A DNA stretch of 64,000 bases from the human T2T-CHM13v2.0 reference genome, Homo sapiens: the NCBI RefSeq assembly GCF_009914755.1, contig NC_060925.1; one strand, written 5' to 3'. Each line of letters starts with the position of its first letter. Position 1 is the first letter of the stretch. The notes under the pieces are model-generated. The model made no database searches, was not told the origin of the DNA, and saw only the letters and a list, made by a program, of their open reading frames with translations. The position numbers were made by a program, and so were the translations under genes. This document shows, piece after piece, positions 12,921 through 22,502 of this stretch.

Positions 12921-13454
12921 GAGCAGGACATATATAGCTAGGCATGCATATAAATGTGCATGAAAATGCGTATCAGTTTGTGTATAAATGCATAGATAAT
13001 GGTCTGTAAGGGCAACAAAACGCACTGACAATAGTGGCTACTGGAAGGCAAGCGAAATTTGGAGACAAGTTGTTAGGGAGAGTAGCACAGAGGTATTTGT
13101 TTCCTTATATGACCTGTTTGAAAATACAACAATAGGAATGCCTGCATATGCCACTTGTATAATTAGAATTAATTTTAAATGAGGGAAAATAAAATGGCAG
13201 GTAATGTTGCTTGTAATAGAAAAAAAAAAAGCCACCTAAATACTAAATACAAATACATCTAGAGGGAAACAACTGAAAGAAATGATGATGCCCATTACAA
13301 GAGAACACTAAGCAGCCACAGAGAGATGAAGCAGATTTGCACAGAGAGATATTCTCAAATGAAAAGCGAGTTACAAAGTAGTGTGTACCAAGTGTTCCTA
13401 TTTTGTAAAAGAAAGAAAATTTAAATATGCATAGAAAACCATAAGCCACGGTGA

Positions 13455-13645
13455 AAAGAGTGTGGCTTTGGAATCACGCAGACCTGAGATGAAGTCTCAG
13501 ATAGTTATCAACAGAGTATTGGGAGGGTCAGTCTACTGCTCTGAGCCTCAGTTTACCCATCTTTCAAGTAGGAATAACAACGATGTCTACCTCATGGGGT
13601 TAATGTGAGGGTTAATTGAACTAATGTAGCCAAAAGGCTTATCAC
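13455..13645 (+). mobile_element. MIR SINE
   Basis: CTCTGAGCCTCAGTTTACCCATCT core followed by CTACCTCATGGGGTT..TGTGAGG. Confidence 0.75.
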
Positions 13646-13788
13646 AGAGGACACAAGACAGTAAGATTATTATTATTAATTGTTATTATTTCCAATGCTT
13701 AATCTGGGAAATAGGTTTGGGACTAAGGGAAGGAAACAAGGTGCTTTTACATTTTTTGAATATTTCACAGTGAGGTTGTGTTACTCTC

Positions 13789-14171
13789 TGCTGTGGACTG
13801 AATTGTGTCCTCCCAAAATTGATACCAATGTGATGGTATTTGGAGATGCGGCTTTTGGGAGATAATTAGGTTTAGGTGAGGTCAAGAAAGTGGACCTCAT
13901 GATGAGATTAGTGCCTTTATAAGAAGAGGTACCAAAGAGCTAGCTCTCTCTCTCTCTCTCTTTTCCCCTCCCCTCTTCTCTCCCCCCTCCCCTATGAGGA
14001 CACAGTGAGTAGGTGGCTGTCTGCAAGCCAGAGGGACCTCACCAGAACCTGACCATGTCGACACCCAAATCTTGAACCTCCAACCTCCAGAACTATGAGA
14101 AACAAATTTCTGTTGTTTAAGCTACCCAGTCTATGGGTATTTTGTTATGGCAGCCCAAGCCAACTAAGATA
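13789..14171 (+). mobile_element. MLT1A-family solo LTR (ERVL-MaLR)
   Basis: TGCTGTGGACTGAATTGTGTCC...AACTAAGATA. Perfect 5-bp TSD CTCTC. Confidence 0.85.
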
Positions 14172-15004
14172 CTCTCAATTTTAAAAAATATAATAACTAA
14201 TAAAGATTAAAAGAGGAAAAATAACCTTGACCCAGCAGCTGCCTGTGATGTGTTTGCTCTGATGAGCTCTACGCCCTGGTTTTGCCCTGTGGGAGGCTGT
14301 TAGACCAGGTGTTCCAGTCACCATGGGCTACAGCTTATGAGCAAGTGTGCTCAGCCACATCGATTGTCATCTTGAGAAAACCACGTCCGTCCGGTGGCAC
14401 AACAGTAATTATGGAGAAGAGCTGGGAATTGAGCCAGGCCCTCAGAGCACAGTGAGACAGGCAAAGGTGGTCCCTCCCTACTGGGGGCTTGGGAACTGGG
14501 GGGACAGACAAGAGGTGGGTGACAAGTGTTCTCCTGTCTGTGTCTGTGATTTAATATAATGTTGACATTTCCCCAGCCAAGTGGCAGCTGGGATGCCAGC
14601 CGCATGAAATTGGATGGATAAAAGCCGGGGCAAAGGGCATGGTGACCTTGACTCTCTGTCATTTTGCTACCAACTCTGTCAGAGACAATCTGGTACACTA
14701 AGCCACTGAAGTCAATAACAAGATGGATCAGAGATGATGAAAAAAAAAAAGAGATTGAGAATCCCATGTAATTGTTCCTTTTTTAAGGGTCATATGGTTC
14801 TGCTGCTGTCTCTGGCAGAAGGGTCATGAGTAAGAATCCATCCAGTTGTGCAGAGGAGACCCCCAGCTACTGCAGTGGAGTCTGACAGGCTCCAGTTTCA
14901 TGCACTGAGCACCTACTATGTGCCGGGCCAGAGCACACCCCAGGAACGCCACAGCAAACGAGACAGGTGAGTCTCCTGCCCTCACAGACAGTTATCCTGA
15001 TAAT

Positions 15005-15225
15005 AATCATAACAGTTAGTAACCATCTTTCATGCCCACTCTGTGCTTGGCACTGTCCTAGGTGCTCTCACTTCTCTTTGGACCCTCACAAGCAGTCAAT
15101 GAAGCAGCACTATTACCACCCCTATTTTACAGAAAAGGAAACTGAGGCTCAAAAAGGATAAGTCACTCCCCATGATGCAACCTGTGGTAAGGCTGAGTTA
15201 GGACCTGAACATAGGTCTGTCTATG
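15005..15225 (-). mobile_element. MIR SINE
   Basis: TATTTTACAGAAAAGGAAACTGAGGCTCA reverse core. Confidence 0.75.
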
Positions 15226-15609
15226 CCAAATCTATCCCCTGACCCACTGCAGGGTGTGGCATCTGAGCATCCTCAGCAGAACACTCTAGCAGTGAGACCT
15301 GTGCCAAGATCTCATGGGATAAGGAACGGACCCCCAAGTGAAATCCCTTCCACACAGCTAGAAGGGCTGGATGAAGCTTTCAGTGGTTCCTTAACTCTAA
15401 TGTTCAAACCTGGTGCAACACCATCCTCTTCCCATCCCACACCTGCAACCTGCAGCCACACACAAGCACATTTCCCTTTCCAATTGCACCTTTTGGATTT
15501 TAACTGTTTGTGTATCTGTCTTCCTGATTCATCTGTAGCTCTTCAAGGGAGCACCCAGCACAGGGCTTAGTGCACAGTAGGGCAGCATGGTACATGGTGT
15601 ATGATTCTG

Positions 15610-15815
15610 CACAGGGACTGGGAGTCACATGGGCTAGGCTTTGTTCTTAATGTGATCTGGGGGTCAGGTGACCTTGCTTCTATTGTTCTTGGTTTTCTCA
15701 GTTCCTGTAAAATGGTGACAGCATCATCACCTCCTTAAAGGGTCATTATGAGGATCAAATAAGACAACAGGTGGAAAACAAGACAGGACCCAGCACATAT
15801 GATGGGTATAATAAA
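15610..15815 (+). mobile_element. MIR SINE (degraded)
   Basis: CTGTAAAATGG..ATGAGGATCAAATAAGA. Confidence 0.6.
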
Positions 15816-16133
15816 TACTGACTTTTAATACAATGGTGGTTATATTTATAACAACTACTAAAATAAAATGTAAAAATAGTCTTCCTCCCGCTTTCCTTCG
15901 TCCCTCCCATGGTGGGTGACTGCCTTGGCTGGAAAGGAGACAGATGGGGCCCCTGCTCTCTGGGACTGATTTCCAGTGGGAAGAAGGACGATCATCAAGG
16001 AACCCAACAAATGAATGACACCACCACAGGCATGACAAGGGAAGCACAGAAAGAAATATGATGCTATGAAGAGGGCGAGGCTCTTCTGAGAAAACTCCTG
16101 CTCCAGGTGAGAGCAGAGCGAGCAAGATGGACC

Positions 16134-16607
16134 TGAGGCAGGAGGTGGGAATGGACTCAGCAGGTGGGACTTGAACATCAGACCAAATTGAGGACCAGCT
16201 AAAACAGGAATGGAGCAGAAGCAGCTTTCCATAAGACACACCCACCAGGGTGCCTCGTCAGTTTACCATTGCTATGGTAACACACAGAAGTTACCATCCC
16301 TTTCCATGGCAACAACCCAATGATCCGTAAGTTACCACTCTTTTCCTAGAAACTTCTGCATACTCTGCCCCTTAATTTGCATGTAATTAAAAGTGGGTAT
16401 AAATATGGGTGCAGACCTGCCTCTGAGCTGCTATTCTGGGCACATTGCCTATGGGGTAGCCCTGCCGTGCAAGGAACAGCACCTTTGCTGCTGCTAAGCC
16501 CTGCCACTTCAGTGAAAGTTGCTATCTAACCACTGGCTCACCCTTGAATTCTTTCCTGGTTGAAGCCAAGAACCCTCTCAGTCTAAGCCCTTGCCTGCCC
16601 TGCATCA
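16134..16607 (+). mobile_element. MER66-family 5' LTR (ERV1, MER4 group)
   Basis: TGAGGCAGGAGG...GACCAAATTGAGGACCAGCTAAAACAGG...GCCTGCCCTGCATCA. TATA box TATAAATA at ~16398. Followed directly by a PBS. Confidence 0.85.
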
Positions 16608-16609
16608 TC

Positions 16610-16627
16610 TGGTGACCACAAAAAGAC
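16610..16627 (+). other. Retroviral primer-binding site, tRNA-Arg type (decayed)
   Basis: TGGTGACCACAAAAAGAC lies 2 nt after the LTR end and matches the recalled tRNA-Arg PBS TGGCGACCACGAAGGGAC at 14/18. Confidence 0.65.
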
Positions 16628-18201
16628 AAAGACAGCAGAGATGGCAGCAATCGGTGATCAGCAGAGAGACAGCAATTGGCAAGATATGACAAGAAATGGC
16701 AGTCAGTGAGATGGCAAGAGTATAGTGAGAGATGGTGAGAGACAGTGATCAGCAAGACAACGAGCAGAGATAGTGAGACATGGTGAAGCAGCCTGTGATC
16801 GAGACCGTAAGAGCTATAACACTGAGGCTGTAACACCTAAGAGCTGCTCAAACTACAGAGCTGTAACTCTAGCCTAAGGCTCTTTGAAGAGCCATCATCT
16901 TTTCCCATCAGGTGGTGCAGCCAAGTAGACAGCAAGTGACCATAGTGCCTCTACCTTGTGTAGGACCCACTGTTCTGGCTAGCAGGCCAGTGGGTTACCC
17001 ATTCCTGTGCCAGCCTGCTGTGTGACAGCCGAGCCCACCCAAGCTGAGGGAACCTGGAGAGACTGTCACCCAGGTCCCATGTGGAAGATCAGTCAGTGCC
17101 ATTTTGGCTCAGTGACCGATCCAAAATGGGTGGATGAGCGTCCCCTCTGCCACTCCCAATAATATCAGGTGAGCTAGGGGATAAAAGCCTTTGGCTAAGT
17201 GGTCAGTGAAAAGCCCCCCAGGGTTTGAGTGCCCCAAAACATGCCCTTATCACCCCTTCCCCTGTCCTTTCTCCTCTGACTCCATTTTATTTTCTCATCA
17301 GTCATTTTATTTTCAGTTCTATATGTTTTGTTTGCAGTCTTCTTTTGCTTTTGACTTTCTGTTAACTGTATTTGGCAATTGTTTAAGGCAGAACACTTGG
17401 TTGTGAGAGATACCCCATTGTATTGACTCTGGGGTGCCAGAGTCTCATTGTTCTGTGACCCCATTGTGGTCTTGGGTTCACTGTTGGGTGCCACCTGGGT
17501 GCCCTGGAGTTTTGAGCATTTTAGAGAGGGGACCCTCATTGACTGAAGCTTGGGCACTCTGAGTTTCCAGTACTGGTATTTTTGGCCACCCCCAAGATGC
17601 TCTGCAGTTTTCAGCATTGACATTCCCTCTAGGATTGTGGCTTAGAGTCCCCTCCTCCCAAGGGAATATTGGTCTCGTCTTTTTCTCCCCTGAAGTTAGA
17701 AGTATTATTTTCCTAATAGCCAGTTGCAGGCCCCTTCCTGTATGCTATCTTACAGCTGCCTTGATCAAGCCTCTCTTGATCAAAGTGACCAAAAGTTACC
17801 AGGCCCCTGGCCTGATGGATGACAAGCTACAGCAATAGATAAGTGGCCACACAAACATTTTTTTCAGTATCTCTGCTACTGGGTAGGTTCTCTGAAAACT
17901 CAGGGCCTCTGAGGTCTCCCTTTGGGCAATGCTGTTTACACCCTTCCCCTTCTCCCTTCCACTGTCCCCATTTGTTCAGCCTCCTCTCTGTGCAACCCTC
18001 CCTCTCTTTGCAGAACTTAGGCTCAATATTCTACTGCTCATTTGTAGCTCATAGTCTGCTTGTGTAATGCCATGCTACCTATACTTACACCTTCCCCATA
18101 GGAAGTGGGAGTCTAAAAGGGAAAAATAACAAGGGCCAGGTTGCTTTCCCTCTTGCTAGACTTAGAAAAACTTCTGTGTCCAGTAAAAATCCTTGTTAGT
18201 T

Positions 18202-19250
18202 ATGGGGACAATGATGAGCATCCCAGAGGACTCACCACTAGGGTGTCTTTTAGACTATTGGAGCAAAGTCAAATTTGTCTTAAAGAAAAAGAAATTCATT
18301 TTCTATTGCAATACCATTTCGGTTCAATACCAATTAGAAAACCAATAGATTTCACTTAAATATGGTGCTATACTTTATAATGATGTTTTGCAACTGGCCT
18401 TATTTTGTAAAGAAGAAGAAAAATGGGAAGAGGTCCCTTATGTACAGGCTTTTATGACCCTTTACTGGCTCATGTTACTTTCAGGCATCAGAAATCCATG
18501 CCTAGGGGATCCCCTCCTAGCTTCTCCCCCTAGAAGGCCTATGCCCTCCCCAGAGACTCCCCAGTCTCCCAGTTCTGAGGAGTGTCCCGCCAGTTCTCCA
18601 ATGAAGGATTCCACCTCAAGGTCATCAGGAGCCCCCTCCCTCTTATTCAACTAGCCCCAACCTATACCCTATTTCCCTGCTGCCCAAAAAAGTAAGCCTA
18701 ACAAGTACCACCCAGTCAGGGGCCCCATATCAGCCCCTAAAACCAAGCCCGTGTCCATTGCGGGAGGTAGCTAATGGAAATAAGGGGACACTTAGAGTAC
18801 ACGTGCCGTTTTCTATATCTAATTTGGCCTTATACAAGAGAAGATTTGGCCAGTTTTCAGAGGATACAGATTCACAGAGGAGTTTATTAAGTTGGCCGCA
18901 TTCTTTGATATAACTTGTCATGAGTTGCAAATATTGTTGTCCACTTGTTGTGTGGTGGGAAAAACACAGGAAAAAGTGTGGTTAAGCCAGTCAATTGTGA
19001 CAAGGATAGAGCAATAACTCAGGGAAGAGATGAAAATATCGCTCTGTTTCAGGGTCATCTAGTTGAGGCAGTAGGGAAATATACTTAATGCAGACCTAGA
19101 CTTCCCAGAAGGGTAAGCTCTCCTGGGTACACGTTTCATTACTCAATCTGCCTCTAACATTACAAAAAGCAGCAATGGGGCCTCAAGCCCCTATGAGCCA
19201 ACTCTTAAATGTGACCTTTAAAGTTTACAACAAGAGGGGCAGGGCAAAGT
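18202..19250 (+). pseudogene. Gammaretrovirus-like gag relic (MA, partial CA, major homology region)
   Basis: From ATG 18202: MGTMMSIPEDSPLGCLLDYW...KKKKFIFYC...(stop)...LQLALFCKEEEKWEEVPYVQAF. Later RVHVPFSISNL and the MHR-like ITQGRDENIALFQGHLVEAVGKYT (~19013-19085). Stops and frameshifts present. Confidence 0.85.
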
Positions 19251-20515
19251 GCTGGAATAAAAGAAATAGCTGAAAAGTGCAATTATTAGCAAATGCTTTA
19301 AGCCTCCTGCCCCCTCAGGGTTACTCATCCTGAGAAAGTGCCATGAAATCAGGATCTGGGATGCGCAGACAACAGCCCTCCATTTGCCGGCCCTCGGGCC
19401 AGAATCAGTGTGCCTACTATAAGTAAAATGACCCTTGACAACTAGAATGTCTAACTGTACCTGGTGAGAGAGAGAGAAAAAAGTAATCTCCCTCTCAGTT
19501 ACAAAGCTAAACTTCTTCCACTGGCCCCAAAGAGCCACCTTACCCAAGTAAGTTTACTGGGAGTTTGGCTCCTTGACATGACAGATAGATTCCCACAGTG
19601 GCAGATAAGCAGCTGCCCAAACATTTTTCTTCAGTGTCTCTACTGCTGGTTGAACTCTCCAATGGCTCGAGGACTCTGGGGTCTCCTCTTGAGCAATGCA
19701 GTTTTACCCCTCCCTTCCTTATTTGATGCCATGGGATCCCCTTTCCTGCCTCTTCTTGTCTTCCATACCTGTTGGGCAAACAAAATTTATCCAGTAGATG
19801 GGTCCTGGTTTCGTAAATAACTTGAATCCAGTTGTCTTGTACAGGTCATTTTATTTAATGTGTTGTTTAGAAGTAGATACAGGTATTATAATGTGTGTTG
19901 TATCTAGCATGCTATCAAGTTGACTTGTAAATAAAAGGACACTCATGAATTAAACAAGACTAGCCTAAGCTTATTAGTTTGAAGAGAATGTTGTGTCTTC
20001 TAAAATTTTACTTTAAGATTTTTACCTAGATAAGTCATTGATGTTATTAGGCTTTAAAATGGTTAAATGGCTTTAAATGGTGACTAGTTTTGCACGATAT
20101 CTTGGTTCTTGGAGATGGTCTAGATAAAAACCTTTAAAAGTGAAAAAGTTCAATACATGTGAATGAAATCAATGCTTAAATACTGAGATTTTGTAGAGTA
20201 AAAAACCTTAAAATTATAAACTGGTTCTCATCTATAGAATGCCAATGTCTGGTGAGCAGTTCAGGATTTCTTGCTTCCTAGGTTTATATAACATGTGCCA
20301 AAGAAATGTCTTCTTTATTGGGAAAAAACATAATTTTTGTCTAATTCAGTAGTTATTAAAAGTGAGGTTCAAAATATGAGGGAACCAGTGAGCAGAAAAA
20401 AAAGAGATGTAAAGAATGTTATGGATAGAAACATAACTTTTTTTTTTGCAAGGAAGGATATAAAGAAAGAGCAATTTTGTATGTGGAGGGATCTTGAATA
20501 GTAAGTTCTTAGATT

Positions 20516-21532
20516 TTCTGCACAGCAAAATAAACTACCATCAGAGTGAACAGGCAACCTGCAAAATGGGAGAAAATTTTCACAACCTACTCATCTGACA
20601 AAGGGCTAATATCCGGAATCTACAATGAACTCAAACAAATTTACAAGAAAAAAACAAACAACCCCATCAAAAAGTGGGCAAAGGACATGAACAGACACTT
20701 CTCAAAAGAAGACATTTATGCAGCCAAAAAACACATGAAAAAATGCTCATCATCACTGGCCATCAGAGAAATGCAAATCAAAACCACAATGAGATACCAT
20801 CTCACACCAGTTAGAATGGCAATCATTAAAAAGTCAGGAAACAACAGGTACTGGAGAGGATGTGGAGAAATAGGAACACTTTTACACTGTTGGTGGGACT
20901 ATAAACTAGTTCGACCATTGTGGAAGTCAGTGTGGTGATTCCTCAGGGATCTAGAACTGGAAACACCATTTGACCCAGCCATCCCATTACTGGGTATATA
21001 CCCAAAGGACTATAAATCATGCTGCTATAAAGACACATGCACACGTATGTTTATTGCGGCATTATTCACAATAGCAAAGACTTGGAACCAACCCAAATGT
21101 CCAACAATGATAGACTGGATTAACAAAATGTGGCACATATACACCATGGAATACTATGCAGCCATAAAAAATGATGAGTTCATGTCCTTTATAGGGACAT
21201 GGATGAAATTGGAAATCATCATTCTCAGTAAACTATCGCAAGAACAAAAAACCAAACACTGCATATTCTCACTCATAGGTGGGAATTGAACAATGAGAAC
21301 ACATGGACACAGGAAGGGGAACATCACACTCTGGGGACTGTTGTGGGGTGGGGGGAGGGGGGAGGGATAGCACTGGGAGATATACCTAATGCTAGATGAC
21401 GAGTTAGTGGGTGCAGCGCACCAGCATGGCACATGTATACATATGTAACTAACCTGCACATTGTGCACATGTACCCTAAAACTTAAAGTATAATAATAAT
21501 AATAATAAAAATTAAAATTAAAATTAAAAAAA
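20516..21532 (+). mobile_element. 5'-truncated young L1 (L1PA2-like), ~1 kb, with A-rich tail
   Basis: Near-consensus ORF2 C-terminus and 3' UTR. Diagnostic GATGACGAGTTAGTGGG (GAG, not the L1HS ACA/ACG). G-tract at ~21345-21365, tail at ~21496-21532. Confidence 0.95.
20546..21289 (+). pseudogene. L1 ORF2p C-terminal fragment with one nonsense codon
   Basis: ORFs 20546-20938 and 21047-21289 are in the same frame, separated by a single TGA at 20936 (CGA>TGA). The frame ends with the canonical FSLIGGN*. Confidence 0.95.
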
Positions 21533-21764
21533 GGAATAAAAAGGAGAGTGAGTCTTTTGCTTGAGCTAAGGCAGGGAATACGGGCATAGTGGAAAAAGAG
21601 CAGCTTTGGGGTAGGAGTGAAACCACAAATAGTAGAATATGTTTCCCATCATGATTCTGCATTTTTCAGTAATGTTGTCTCATGTTGACAGTTACAAGTT
21701 GAATGAATAAATGGTCCAAAAGGAAAAAAATAAATAAATAAATAAAAAATAAAATAAAATAAAA
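21533..21764 (+). other. Putative L1 3'-transduced segment with its own poly(A) signal and second A-tail
   Basis: About 190 bp that looks like neither L1 nor the ERV. AATAAA at 21706-21711, A-rich tail at 21724-21764, then the ERV sequence resumes. Confidence 0.75.
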
Positions 21765-22305
21765 TGACCGGTTATTTAAAAAAGAAGTATAGGACATGTC
21801 AGAAAGTTCGAGCATGTTGTAGATGATCTGTGTGAAGTAGCGATAAAGTTCCTAAAGGGGAATTTATGAAAGGAATTTTGTGTGTGACTAAGCTAGCTAT
21901 AATTAAAAGGAAATTATTTATAATAGATTTTCTAAATAATAGTCTATATTTTAAAGTAAAATTTTCTTAAAATATTAATTTGCTAAATTACCAGAAAATT
22001 TATTTTTTATTCCTGTGATCTGTTTCTTTTGAAAGCTTCTCAGATTCATGTAACTCTTTTAGCCTTTTTTGTCAGCTCCTGTGAGTTTTTCTCCTCCAAT
22101 TCTGATTGTTGTCGCAGCTTGATCCTAAAGTGTTTTATCTTAGAGTTCTGTGGGAGCAATGTTTTTCCCCAGTATAGCTTAATTCTATGCTTTTGCTTTT
22201 TCTTTACATGTAACCATAATTTTGGCTCTTAGTTTTTGACTCTTACATTGCTTAGATGGGTTTTGGAGCCTGGTGAGTGCCTGCCCAGCTCCATTCCCTT
22301 TGGCC

Positions 22306-22502
22306 AGGAGGGGAGGTATCCATTCAGTTTATTGGGGGACTACGGATTTTGACATTGGTTTGTATTGCCCCTTTCTGTCAGAGTGTGCCGAAGGCAGTGT
22401 CAATGGCCAAGCTTTTAGTTTGTCCTGTGCCAGTGCTGAGGTGGCGTGCTGCCTGCCCTGGGTCCACTGTGTCACTTGGTGGGAACCCCATGGCCAGGGG
22501 AT
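22306..22502 (-). mobile_element. Inverted MER4-group ERV fragment (3' internal end, PPT and first ~60 bp of an LTR)
   Basis: The minus strand reads AGAAAGGGGCAA|TACAAACCAATGTCAAAATCC..CCCCC..ACTGAATGGA, resembling a PPT followed by a TGTAAACCAAAAATAAAATTC-type LTR start. Confidence 0.6.

Larger units (their letters stand above)
16608..22305 (+). mobile_element. MER66-int/MER4-group ERV1 internal region (non-autonomous: gag relic, no pol or env seen, no 3' LTR), interrupted by L1PA2
   Basis: PBS, repetitive leader, gag relic, and an AT-rich MER4-group-type 3' region that continues after 21765. Confidence 0.75.

Noticed and set aside
16620-16870. Short repeated motifs (GAGATGG, GAGCTGTAAC) resembling a spaced repeat array
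   Set aside because: Irregular and degenerate, lying in the ERV leader right after the PBS. Not CRISPR-like, and the DNA is eukaryotic.
20848-20905. APOBEC3 editing as the cause of G>A changes in the L1PA2
   Set aside because: The contexts are GC and GT, not the GA/GG plus-strand signature, and there are too few events.
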